Source: Hamiltosporidium tvaerminnensis FI-OER-3-3 | Lineage: Eukaryota > Fungi > Microsporidia | Direction of reading: 5' to 3' | Assembly (NCBI GenBank): GCA_022605425.2 | Contig: JAKIMF020000013.1 | Span: 806,001-870,000 of the forward strand | Length of the DNA: 64,000 nt | Part shown: in pieces, positions 53,421 to 64,000 of the stretch | How the letters are laid out: every line of letters begins with the position of its first letter | Position numbering within the stretch: the first letter of the stretch is position 1 | Notes under the pieces: model-generated | The model's database searches: none | The model's input: only the letters and a program-made list of their open reading frames with translations | What the model was told of the DNA's origin: nothing | Translations under genes and position numbers: made by a program

Positions 53421-53643
53421 AGTAAAAGGAGGATAACCACATTAAAAACTTTCTGATCGGCAACGAATATGTACGATTACTATGAAAATGATTGCAGCCA
53501 TTCGGTGGGAAATAAACCACACCGAATCTATAAGCCGATGTTCTATAATCTCGAGTTATAACAGATTTAAAGAAACAAATGGAAAAATTTGTTATTTCTA
53601 TCGACACCGAGAAGTAAAAGAAGAATGGAATAAGTAAGTAAGT
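53421..53643 (+). mobile_element. Family B SINE-like repeat, copy B6
   Basis: Head ggaggataaccacattaaaaactttctg, as in family A; tail cgacaccgagaagtaaaagaagaatggaa(taag)3. Confidence 0.85.
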
Positions 53644-54539
53644 TATTCTTACGTATAAAAATTTAGTTAGATTTACTCCTGTAATCTAAAAATTACTTTA
53701 TATTTACTTCGATTTTTAACAATTTATAGTTTCTAATGTATTTCACTTCGCGTATAAAGATTTTAAATACAGGAAAATAGAAATTTCACTTTCTATGTTT
53801 TCTTATAAAAACAAGAAATATATGAAGAACTGTTACTTAGTAACAACATTTAATTTCACTTTAATTAAACTTAACTTCTAAATTTTTAAAAAATACATGA
53901 GATTTAGCATATTCACCGATTATTCGATCAAAAATATAAATAAATTATTCAATTCAATAAAACTACTAGCCTTGTTATTTCATCATAAATACAGATAATT
54001 TATTAGATACTTAGTATATTTTTTTTAAAATACACAGTTCAATCTACACAATACCATAATTTAAAATCTATTTAAGTTTATTTTTATTCTTCAACTTAAA
54101 CAATATTTTTGTCTTTTAATACCTGTCTTCTTATAAACGAGGACTTATAGTTTTCTTAGCCATAAAAATATATTTGAAGGGGTATTTCAATTTCTTAAAA
54201 AAAATAAACTTCCATTGATTTTTTCAAAGTAAAATTAAACTTTCATTAATTTTTTTAAGGTAAAACTAATTTTCATTGATTTTTTTAAAGTAAAACATAA
54301 CAACCTTCTATTTTCTTAATAAAAAAGTCAAATAAAATTTCATTTCTCTTTTCTTTAAATTTAATGAACAACGATCTTTCTTTATTTAGATGATTTATTC
54401 TTACAATTACAGATAGAAAATAAACAATTATTAAATTATCATAGAGAATTGTATTATGTTATATCTTAGATTTGTATATTTTTATTATTTCCTCTTTTCG
54501 TAAATTTAATACATCTTTTTATTAAATCTATTAACTCAG

Positions 54540-54680
54540 ACTTTCTTGTCTTTTCTTTTCATTTCTTTTCTTGTCTTTTCATTTTCATGTCTTTTCATAT
54601 CTTTTCATTTCTTTTCATATCTTTTCATTTCATTTCTTTTCTTTTCTTTTCTTTTCTTTTCTTTTCTTTTCATTTTCATT
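54540..54680. repeat. (CTTTT)n-type pyrimidine microsatellite
   Basis: Runs of cttttc and ttttca. Confidence 0.85.
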
Positions 54681-54814
54681 TTAATTTTACTATTTTTTTA
54701 TCACAAATATTATTTTTATAGAACTAACAATAAAAAAAAGTAAAAAGCATTTCTTTAATTAAGAAATATAAAAAAATATAACAAATCTAAAAAGAAAATA
54801 ATTTTTATTCTTTT

Positions 54815-55005
54815 GAATAATCTGAATAATTCTAATAATTTTTATTATTTTGAATAATTCTAATAAATCCTATTTCCAATAATTCTATTTCTAATAATTC
54901 CAATAATTCTATTTCTAATAATTCCAAAAATTCTAATACATCCTATTTCTAATAACTCTAATAATTCTTATATTTCTAATAATTCTATTCCTTATAATTC
55001 TATTA
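54815..55005. repeat. AATAATTCT low-complexity repeat upstream of CDS 55057
   Basis: Repeated aataattct(a/c) units. Confidence 0.8.
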
Positions 55006-55044
55006 AATCCTATTGCTGGTAAAATATTTAATTCCATTTAAAAA

Positions 55045-55047
55045 CCC
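55045..55047 (+). promoter_or_regulatory. Microsporidian CCC motif upstream of ATG
   Basis: aaaaCCCtacctttatATG. Confidence 0.6.
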
Positions 55048-55056
55048 TACCTTTAT

Positions 55057-56022
55057 ATGCAAGAAGACAGAATAGCTGCCAAAAACATTTTACAAAACAA
55101 AAAATACATACCACACACCAAAAGAATATCATACCTCTCCACTCTCCTACCAACCCATACCACACAACCAAAAAAGATATCATTCACCTACAACACATCC
55201 CTTTCTCTTCTACAAAACATAAATCTAAACAACACACCTTCTTCAAACAATTTAGAACTTAAAAAATTCCGTGTTTTTTTAATAAAAAATCTTAAAAATT
55301 TAAAAAACTTAAAAAAAAAATCAAACATTTTTTTAACAATAATTAATTCTATAAATAACACTACACTTCCAATAAAAAATGATTTATTTAGTTGGTCGCC
55401 CGGTAAAGATTATTGTGATTCTTACGAATTTCTACTTTCTTTAATTAAAAGAAATTCTTTTACTCAAAAATACCAAAAATATTTTTCTAAAAAAGCCATA
55501 ATTACGCGAAATACAACCTGTAAAGTTATAAATTGCCTTAAATTAAAAGCGCCAATCACAATACTTCCTAACATAGAAATTATTAATAAAGACACAGAAA
55601 TATTTTCTAAGTATGAAACAACATACACGACATCCTTACCCACAGAAAACTATACCACACCTAACCTATCATTGACAGATACTTATATTTCTTCTGCCTC
55701 ACCCACCTCAAATATCTCACCCAACTCTTCCTTCTCTTCTATAAACCTTCACATGTCTAATTTCACTGTACATAAACGTGTCATATCACACTCTTACTGG
55801 TGCGACAAAATACACACCACATCCTCTACAACCCCTATATTCTCATTCCTCACTCCATTTAAATCTTCAAATAAAATTTTCTTTCTCTCTACATGTCTTA
55901 CATTTATAGAAATAGAAATCACAGGTAAAAGAACAGTAACAGCTATTGTTAGTCTTAATAAGTTTATAACCCTTATACAAGGAAAAGAAGAAGAATGGCT
56001 TAAAACAATAGGATGTGTATAA
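55057..56022 (+). CDS. Hypothetical protein (321 aa)
   Basis: Long ORF in AT-rich DNA with an upstream CCC motif. No domain recognised. Confidence 0.8.
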   Translation: MQEDRIAAKNILQNKKYIPHTKRISYLSTLLPTHTTQPKKISFTYNTSLSLLQNINLNNTPSSNNLELKKFRVFLIKNLKNLKNLKKKSNIFLTIINSINNTTLPIKNDLFSWSPGKDYCDSYEFLLSLIKRNSFTQKYQKYFSKKAIITRNTTCKVINCLKLKAPITILPNIEIINKDTEIFSKYETTYTTSLPTENYTTPNLSLTDTYISSASPTSNISPNSSFSSINLHMSNFTVHKRVISHSYWCDKIHTTSSTTPIFSFLTPFKSSNKIFFLSTCLTFIEIEITGKRTVTAIVSLNKFITLIQGKEEEWLKTIGCV

Positions 56023-56247
56023 GAATAGGGGGTCGGATATTAACTATGAGGATATATTATAGGGTTAGGTGTATTGTAATAGGAATATGGGAATATTAAA
56101 GATTCTTCTGTTTTATTTACTGCCTTTTAAAATATTAGAAATTAATTTAATTTTAGATTCAATAAAATAAAAAATAAATTCTTGGACTTCATTAGCTTAG
56201 ATATAATTTATGATATTTTCTTTTATAATTTATAATATTTTTAAAAT

Positions 56248-56976
56248 GTCGGGGGAGGAGAAACACATAAAAAAACTTTCTGCTTGGCAATGAGTGTGTG
56301 AAACTAGTGTGAGATCACTTGTTTGGATTTTTGGTGGGAATAGAACCACCCTACTCTTTGTTTTTTCCATGGGAGTTGTTATGAAGGGGAGTGTCTAAGA
56401 AAAGGAGAAACTTTTTCTACAAATTTATTTGTAGTTTTTTATGTAACCAGATTGCAGATCGCAGTTGAACATGTAGGTAATTGCCATGTAAAAGCATGGA
56501 AACCTAGCCTTGCTCACTCGGGTTAAAAGACTTAGCGCCTGGGAGATATAAAAATAAAACCCATTTAAAGTCAGGAGAGCTAAGTAGCAGGTTATACCTG
56601 TTGGTATGACATTGCACTGTCTACGTGGACCCCATGTAAGTCTCTGAAATATATCTTAGCAGAAGTTTATTGGGTTCGGAAAGTGTAGAGTAAGTGGGAA
56701 TGCTGCATAGTCTTAAGTGAGCTTAGGGGGGTGCTTCGGCTTTCGATCACACACCATGCAACAGACATTAAAGAACTCCGGGCAACTGCCTCACCTATGA
56801 ATTAAATTCTTAACACCTGGATGATGAAAGGTCTTGGAAAGTAGGTATCGAAAGGAAGTACCGATGGAGGTTTAGGGTAGCAGTCATTTATGTTAAACCT
56901 AGAACTGCGTTAATGTCATGAAAACAAATATAACACTTGCCACTATTTTAAAAAGATGTGATACTTTTAAATAAAG
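56248..56976 (+). mobile_element. Family A interspersed repeat, copy A6 (full length)
   Basis: Near-identical to the reverse complement of A2. Ends ...aagatgtgatacttttaaataaag. Confidence 0.95.
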
Positions 56977-57269
56977 TCTACTTCCTTTTAAGCATGTTTG
57001 ATTTTTCTTAGAATTTAAAATATTTATTTTTAACCTCTTTTGAATAAATAACTAATTCTTTGCTAAGTTTGTTTAGTTTTATATTAATAGTTTTATTTTA
57101 ATATTTACTTCTATTTCCTTTTTTTTCTCATTTAAATATAAAATATATTTTTAATTAGATTTTCTTCTTTCACTCTATTCAAGTATAGAATTTTTTTTTG
57201 TCCTTAAAAAAAATAATGCGTTTTATAATAAATTATTTACTTAAACTGTTTTAGATTTTAAAGATTTTT

Positions 57270-57690
57270 TTTATTAAAAAATTATTTAAATAAATATTAA
57301 AGCAGGCTATTAAAAAATTATTTAAATAAATATTAAAGCAGGCTACTAAAAGTATAATATAAATAAATATTAAATGAGACTACTCAAAGTATACTATAAA
57401 TAAATATCAAAGCAGGCTACTAAAAGTATAATTTAATATATTTTAAAGCAGGCTACTCAACGTATACTATAAATAAATATTAAAGCAGACTATTAGAAGT
57501 ATAATATAAATAAATATTAAAGCAGGCTATTAGAAGTATAACTAAAACAAATTTTAAAGCAGACTATCTAAAGTTAATATAAACGAATATCAAAGCAGGC
57601 TACTCAACGTATACTATAAACAAATTTTAAAGCAGACTATTTAAAGTTACTATAAACGAATATCAAAGCAGGCTATTAGAAGTATAATTT
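57270..57690. repeat. ~39-bp minisatellite
   Basis: Repeated aaataaatattaaagcaggctactaaaagtataatat variants. Confidence 0.85.
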
Positions 57691-57784
57691 TTTTATCCAA
57701 TTAATTATTCTAATTACAAATAAATTAATTATAAATTCCTTAAACTCTAAATTCTACCAATTTATTATTAAATTATTTAATAAA

Positions 57785-57955
57785 ATTCTGGGTTAAAATA
57801 TTTTTAACATTTTTATATGTTTTCTACCTCTTTAACACTTTTTGTCTCTTCTTCCAAATCCGACTCTTTATTTATTTTATTGGTCGGTTCCTCTAAAGTG
57901 GTTCCTCCTTGTGAAATAAGGGGTGCTTTATTTTTTGGTTTAAAATTTTTTGCAC
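57785..57955 (-). mobile_element. Very short 5'-truncated 3' end of an R4-clade element
   Basis: Minus strand reads AKNFKPKNKAPLISQGGTTLEEPTNKINKESDLEEETKSVKEVENI*, which aligns with KIQNKKNLPNILDSATILEEENINMNEDLDLEKDNEVVKIV at ~63020-63140. Confidence 0.7.
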
Positions 57956-58039
57956 TTCAATATCTTAACTTAAGATATGTAAAAAAAAATATTTAAAGGA
58001 TAAATACAATCTTAAAAACTTAATTAAATATTTACAATA

Positions 58040-58460
58040 AAAGAAAAAAAATCTTAAAGAAACTAAAAAGATAAAAAAAAATATAAAAAAAAGAAAAAAA
58101 CTAAAAAGATAAAAAAAAAATATAAAAAAACTAGAAATATAATAAAAACTAAAAAAACTATAATAAAAACTATAATAAAAACTAAAAAAACTATAAAAAC
58201 TTAAACAAATACAAATACAAATACAAAACAAACTTCAAACTAACAAATCCTAATACAAAACAAAATCAAATACAAACCAACCAATCAAATACAAAACAAA
58301 TTAACAAATACAATCATACCAATCAAAACCAATCATAACAATCAAATACAAACCAACCAATCAAATACAAACCAACCAATCAAATACAAAACCGATACAA
58401 AACCAATAAACCAAAAAAAACAACCAATCAAATACAAAACAAAACCATAAACAAATACAA
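58040..58460. repeat. A-rich / CAAATA-CAAACC low-complexity tract
   Basis: A-runs followed by aaatacaaaccaacc units. Confidence 0.8.
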
Positions 58461-58515
58461 TATTTAAAACACTTTGTATCACCTACACCTATAAATTACT
58501 AATATATATTTCTAA

Positions 58516-58518
58516 CCC
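58516..58518 (+). promoter_or_regulatory. Microsporidian CCC motif upstream of ATG
   Basis: ctaaCCCttaaaATG. Confidence 0.65.
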
Positions 58519-58523
58519 TTAAA

Positions 58524-59642
58524 ATGAATACACAGAAATGGTCTTCTCCTTTTATATTTAACGTATGGTCAGACACAACAGAAGAATGGACAGATCAAGA
58601 TTGGAGAGTAGTAGGATATAACAGTAGAAGTAGAAGTAAGTCAGTTACATATGAAGAATGTAAAGACCAAGACTGGAGAGTAGTAGGATACAACAGTAGA
58701 AGCAATAGTAGTATTAGTAGAAGCAATAGTAGTAAGGATAGTATTATTAATAAATATACTAACACCTACTCTAATACTAATAACACCTACTCTAATAACA
58801 CCTACTCTAATACTAATAATACCTATAATATATTACCACAGCTTAGAAGACTTAGTGAACCTGTTATTACTAATAATATGTCTGTAAGTGATATTTTATC
58901 TTTAAATAATAATTTATACATTATAGAGTTTAAAGGGGGTAGATTAGATGTAGGATATTTTACAGGGGATACTAATAGGGATACTAATAGGGATACTAAT
59001 AGGGATAATGATAGGGATAGTAATAGGGATACTAATAGGGATACTAATAGGGATACTAATAGGGATAATGATAGGGATAATGATAGGGATAATGATTTAT
59101 ATAATAGTAACAGGGATACTAATAATAACCAACAATCAAATACTAACCAACTAAATACTAACAAACAACCAAACCAACAATCAAATATTACCTCACATTT
59201 CATTACAAATGCTTATGTTATATTGGAGGCTGATAGAGGAGAAGATTTAGGAAAAATAAAGTGTAAGACAAGTAAAGAGAAATATAAAAGATTATTAAGT
59301 AGAATAGATAAGAATGAAAGTGTAAGAGAAGTACATCCTAAACGTATATATAGATTAGCAGAAGGTAAAGATTTAGAAGTAATAAAAATTAAAGAAGAAT
59401 TAGAAAGAAATGCATTGGTTAGTTGTAAGGAGAGAGTAAGAGAAAGAGGGTTGGGTATGGAAGTGGTAGAGTGTGAGTATCAATGGGATATGAATAAACT
59501 TACTTTTTATTTTAAAAGTGATAAAAGAATAGATTTTAGAGATTTGGTTAAAGAACTTTATAAGGTTTATAAGACTAGGATATGGATGTGTGCAGTGGAG
59601 AAGTCAAAGAATTATTATTTGAGTGAGTTGTGTGAGGGGTGA
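58524..59642 (+). CDS. PSP1 C-terminal domain protein with repeat insertions
   Basis: IEFKGGRLD, VILEADRGEDLG, PKRIYRLA and MEVVECEYQWDMNKLTFYFKSDKRIDFRDLVKELYKVYKTRIWM are characteristic of fungal PSP1-like proteins. Confidence 0.93.
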   Translation: MNTQKWSSPFIFNVWSDTTEEWTDQDWRVVGYNSRSRSKSVTYEECKDQDWRVVGYNSRSNSSISRSNSSKDSIINKYTNTYSNTNNTYSNNTYSNTNNTYNILPQLRRLSEPVITNNMSVSDILSLNNNLYIIEFKGGRLDVGYFTGDTNRDTNRDTNRDNDRDSNRDTNRDTNRDTNRDNDRDNDRDNDLYNSNRDTNNNQQSNTNQLNTNKQPNQQSNITSHFITNAYVILEADRGEDLGKIKCKTSKEKYKRLLSRIDKNESVREVHPKRIYRLAEGKDLEVIKIKEELERNALVSCKERVRERGLGMEVVECEYQWDMNKLTFYFKSDKRIDFRDLVKELYKVYKTRIWMCAVEKSKNYYLSELCEG

Positions 59643-59669
59643 TAGTGTGGTATGGAGTGATGGTAATAA

Positions 59670-59815
59670 GGTTAGTATTAGTAATAAGTATTATTGGTAA
59701 TAAGAAGTATTAGTAATAAGTAGTATTGGTAATAAGAAGTATTAGTAATAAGTAGTATTGGTAGTAAGTAGTATTAGTAATAAGTAGTATTGGTAGTAAG
59801 TAGTATTAGTAATAC
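59670..59815. repeat. 30-bp AGT-rich tandem repeat downstream of PSP1
   Basis: Repeated agtattagtaataagtagtattggt(a/g)ataag. Confidence 0.8.
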
Positions 59816-60402
59816 TTGTGGTTAGAAATAAATTAATTTGTAAGTTTAGAATTTAATTATTTAATTATTTTATTATTTTTAATTATTTATTTCCTATATT
59901 TTATTTATTTATAAAATATTTTCTATATTTTTATTTATTTCCTATATTTTATTTATTTCCTATATTTTATTTATTTATTTCCTAAATTTTATTTTATTTA
60001 TTTATTTCCTATAAATATTCTTTTTATAAATTAAATATCCTTTTTATAAATTAAATATCCTTTTTTTTAAATATCCTTCTCTTATTCTTATTATTTTCTT
60101 TTTACAATCTCCCTTCTAATATTCATCTATCACTTATATAACCCTTACTTATCACTTGGTTTTAAATATTTTTTAAAAGTTCCCTTCCCAAAATTTCTTA
60201 CTATAACCTTTATTCCTAAATATTTTATATTTTTATATAAAATTATTTTTTAAAAGTTCCCTTCCCATAATTTCTTACTATAACCCTTACTCTTACTCCT
60301 AAATATTTTTTTTATTAAAATTATTTTTAATAACCCTTCCTTCATATAACCCTTACCCCCTCTCCTCTCTCCTAAATATTTTTTATTAAAAATATTTTTT
60401 TA

Positions 60403-60405
60403 CCC
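60403..60405 (+). promoter_or_regulatory. Microsporidian CCC motif upstream of the RPL3 ATG
   Basis: aaaaatatttttttaCCCtaaaaaATG. Confidence 0.65.
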
Positions 60406-60411
60406 TAAAAA

Positions 60412-61590
60412 ATGAGTTGTAGAAAATTTGAAGCACCTCGTCACGGTTCATTAGGTTTCTGTCCAAGAAGACGTGCAAAGAATATAAGACCACCTGTCTC
60501 TTCATTTCCTACAGACACACTTTCAAAAAAACCACATTTAACAGCTTTTCTAGCTTTTAAAGCTGGTATGTCTCATGTGGTTCGAATGACAGAAAAATCT
60601 GTTTTAAAACGTTCTGTTGCCACTGTCACTTCTTCAGAAGTACTTGATGCAGTTACTTATATAGAATCACCACCAATGGTTGGATTTGGTTTGGTTGGTT
60701 ACAAAAATACTATTTATGGTCTTAAAAGGACAGGTTGTGTTCTTTCTCAGCATTTGAGTGAAAGTGTCCACCGTAGAATGACTCGAAACTTTTATCGATA
60801 CCGAACCTCTAAGAACAGTCATACTCTTAAAAATAATCCAAATAATTTATCAGAAGAAATACAAAAAATAAAAGAAAATAGCGATTCTATTAGAATTTTA
60901 GTACATACGCAGGTAGAAAAAATACCGAATTTAAAAACTAAGAAAGCAAATATAGCAGAGATACAAATTAATGGAGGAAATATTCAAGAGAAAGTAGAAT
61001 TTGTTTTAAGTAAAATGGAAAAGGAAATAAAAGTAGAAGAAGTATTTGAAACACAAGAGAGTATTGATGTTATTGGTGTTACTAAAGGTAAAGGATTTGA
61101 AGGAGTAACTAAAAGATTTGGAACAAGAATTTTACCTAGAAAAACACGTAAAGGTATTAGAAAGGTAGCCTGTATAGGTGCATGGCATCCAGCAGGTGTT
61201 CTGTCTACAGTACCAAGGGCTGGACAGATGGGATTCCATAGAAGAACAATGACTAATTTACAGGTTTATATGATAGGAAATGGACATAAAGAATTTAACA
61301 CTGAATATGATTTAACAGTTAAAGGAATAAATCCGATGGGTGGATTTCCACATTACGGAAATATAAATAATGATTTTGTTATGGTAAAAGGAAGTATCAT
61401 GGGACCAAGAAAGAGAGTTGTTGTTTTAAGGAAGAGTTTGAGTAAAGAGAAACCTAAATTAGAAAATGTGATTTTGAAGTTTGTGGATACGAGTTCTAAG
61501 ATTGGGCATGGAAGGTTTCAGACGAGTGGAGAGAAAAAAGAGTTTTATGGGATTCTTAAGAAGGATGTTAAGGCAGGAGGGAATGAATAA
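60412..61590 (+). CDS. RPL3: 60S ribosomal protein L3 (uL3)
   Basis: MSCRKFEAPRHGSLGF, FKAGMSH, EIQINGG, IDVIGVTKGKGFEGV, RKVACIGAWHP, PMGGFPHYG and DTSSKIGHGRFQT. The stop codon lies within AATAAA. Confidence 0.99.
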   Translation: MSCRKFEAPRHGSLGFCPRRRAKNIRPPVSSFPTDTLSKKPHLTAFLAFKAGMSHVVRMTEKSVLKRSVATVTSSEVLDAVTYIESPPMVGFGLVGYKNTIYGLKRTGCVLSQHLSESVHRRMTRNFYRYRTSKNSHTLKNNPNNLSEEIQKIKENSDSIRILVHTQVEKIPNLKTKKANIAEIQINGGNIQEKVEFVLSKMEKEIKVEEVFETQESIDVIGVTKGKGFEGVTKRFGTRILPRKTRKGIRKVACIGAWHPAGVLSTVPRAGQMGFHRRTMTNLQVYMIGNGHKEFNTEYDLTVKGINPMGGFPHYGNINNDFVMVKGSIMGPRKRVVVLRKSLSKEKPKLENVILKFVDTSSKIGHGRFQTSGEKKEFYGILKKDVKAGGNE

Positions 61591-61917
61591 AATATTTAAG
61601 GATTTAAAATTTTGTTATTTTATTTAATTGTTGTTTGGTTTATTTAATTGTTATTTGGTTTATTGTTTGGTTTAAAGTATTATTTATTTTGTTGTTTGGT
61701 CTTGTTTAGTTAATTTTTATTTATTTTGTTTTATTTATTTTTTTGTACTCTTTCTTTAATTTATCTAATTAATCGATTATTTATTTATTTAATTTAATTA
61801 ATTAATCGATATTTTATTTATTTCCTAATAAAAAATTATATGTAAATACAGTTTTTAAATTTAAAATTATATTTTATAGTCTTTAGTTTTTAGGTATAGA
61901 TTTCCAATTTATTTATT

Positions 61918-62635
61918 CTTTATTTTAAAGTATCCCATCTTTTTAGAATAGGGGCAAGTGTTATATTTTTTTTAGTGACATTAACGCAGTTCTAGGTTTA
62001 CATAAATAGGTATTCTTAAAACTTTCATCAGTATATCTTGTGATATTGACATTCCAAGGTCTTTCATATAAAAGATTAGACTCGATTTATATTCGAGGCA
62101 GTTACCCGGAGTTCATTAATGTCCGTTGCATGGAGTGTGATTTAGGCCGAAGCCCCCCATGGGATCCCCCGAGATATGCAGCATTCTCACTTACTTTACA
62201 CCTTCTGAACCCAATAAACTTTTAGCCAAGATATATTTCCGAGACATACTTGAGTGTCGATCTAAAAGCTGCAATATCATGCCACTATATAACTTTCCAT
62301 CTAGCTCTCCCGGCTTTGAACGAATTTATTTTTTTCCTATACGCTATGTATTCTAACCCGAGTGAGCAAGGCTAGGTTTCCTCCATGCTTTTACATGGCA
62401 ATTACCTACGATTCACCTGCGGTCTTCAATCTGGTTACATAAAAAACTACAAATTAATTTGTAGAAAAAGTTTCTCCATTTCATAGACCTCTTTTTCTCA
62501 TCCAAATTCCCATGGAGCAACCGAAGATGTAGTTGGTTTTATTCCCATTAAAAATCCAAACAATGATCCTCATAGATTAATCTCGCATACTCATTGCCAA
62601 GCAGATAATATTTTATGTGGTTATCTTCCCTCCAC
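61918..62635 (-). mobile_element. Family A interspersed repeat, copy A7
   Basis: Collinear with A2 from the tail to the head (ctcattgccaagcag...ttatcttccctccac). Confidence 0.92.
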
Positions 62636-62959
62636 TATGAGGCTATATATCCAAAACTATTTTATGCTTAAATTCAAGAGAAATACTTTTTTTTTTGATT
62701 TTATAGTTACGTTTTGAGAAAGATTTGTAATTTTAAGTATCAAAAGCGATTGTACGTATATTGGAGCGAAGGTCAATAATGAATATAAAATATTTGTAAG
62801 AAGATATTTCCTATCAATAAAGAAATAAAATAAAAAATTATGATTGTGTTTCTAAAGAAAGTTCGGTAAAGCTTTTTTTTATCTTTTTTAAAGTGTAAGA
62901 GTGAATGCATTTTATAGAATAAAAGAAATATAGAAAATATGCTAATAAACTGAAATAAG

Positions 62960-64000
62960 TTGTACCATTATAATAAAATTATGAGTTTCACGATTTTTCT
63001 TTCTTTTAAATAAAATTTTTACAATCTTGACCACTTCATTATCTTTTTCTAAATCCAAGTCTTCATTCATGTTTATATTCTCCTCCTCTAGTATGGTTGC
63101 ACTATCTAAAATATTAGGTAAATTTTTTTTATTTTGTATTTTAAGACATATGCCTTGTTGCCTACTGTTTTTAAAAAAAATATGTTGGTTTTTTATGCTT
63201 TCAGCACACTTTAATAGTACGTAATGACGTTTTTTCCCAGTTCTCTTTTCAGAATTTAGGCTCAACTTAAGTCCTCTTCTTCGATTATCCGAAATTGTTT
63301 TTGTTGCCTTCTTAATACTATGAATTAAAGCCATGCCTTTACATCTGTAGGTATTTTTAGTCTTACAACATAAGTCTTAAGGTATTCTGTTACCCTACCG
63401 TGTCAAGCTATACTATAAGGAATTTACTCCTATTACATTTATAAATAAGACCAGAACTACTCGCCTTAATGCCATATTTCTTAAGCTTCTCTGCTTCAAC
63501 TATTCGAAGTAAATGTTTAAGTTGTTCCTACTTAAGAGATTTATCTTATCATTTCTTCTTTCCTAAAATAAATATTCGGGTCAATTACACCGAATCTTGA
63601 CATCGGTTTTTTACTTTGGTATCTACTATTATTTCTAAATACTTATTATCAAAAATATATTGAACAGAGTGATCCCAATATATTTCAAAGACTTAAATTT
63701 ATATATTTTTAGTAGGAGTAAGTGATTCTATTTTACTACTTCATTTTATCGGCTATTAAAGTCATTAACAAGTATTTTTTTACATCTCGTTGCCTAGTAA
63801 TCTAATATTTTCCTAAAAGTGCTGCTGTGTCTACATATATTTCTATCTCGAGTATAACAGAAAATTGTTATGCATGTAGTCTCACACTTCTATTTTTAAA
63901 TATTTTAAGAGGTCATTTACACTTAACAGCTCATTATTTCTACGATTATATTTAAACTAGACGTAAGCTCGTAGAAACGAACTTTCTTTTATATGCATAA
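62960..64000 (-). mobile_element. Degenerate R4-clade element, 3' part (zinc-knuckle region + restriction-like endonuclease)
   Basis: Minus-strand remnants: NNELLSVND (compare KNELVSVSD at ~60-85), LATRCKK, SHSVQ, EIIVDTKVK, TDVKIRCN*P, EAEKLKKY and TISDNRRRG. Confidence 0.85.

Noticed and set aside
54546-54743. Phe/Ser-rich ORF, and the similar 57965-58231
   Set aside because: Translations of microsatellite or A-rich low-complexity DNA.

Overview
AT-rich eukaryotic DNA, most consistent with a large-genome microsporidian (Hamiltosporidium-like; this is inferred from intron-less genes, CCC motifs just upstream of ATGs, a divergent RPL3 and low-complexity inserts). The window starts inside an intact minus-strand R4/Dong-clade non-LTR retrotransposon ORF (1-2689) that the ORF track missed. 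About 3-37.5 kb is a gene desert, probably made of decayed gene-family copies. A decayed RTE-clade LINE (37.9-41.2 kb) carries a degenerate twister-ribozyme-like sequence at its 5' end. A gene island (41.4-61.6 kb) holds an LRR protein, a frameshifted pseudokinase, a hypothetical protein, a PSP1-domain protein, RPL3 and two small ORFs. Three non-coding interspersed families were found by eye. Family A (~720 bp, 7 copies) looks like a highly structured RNA. Family B (~220 bp, 6 copies) shares A's 5' head but ends in a (TAAG)n tail. Family C (~240 bp, 2 copies) is a bipartite RTE-derived element. Genes in the island are bracketed by polarised, mutually inverted TAACACCC/GGGTGTTA arrays. All alignments were done by eye and repeat boundaries are approximate (about +/-10 bp).
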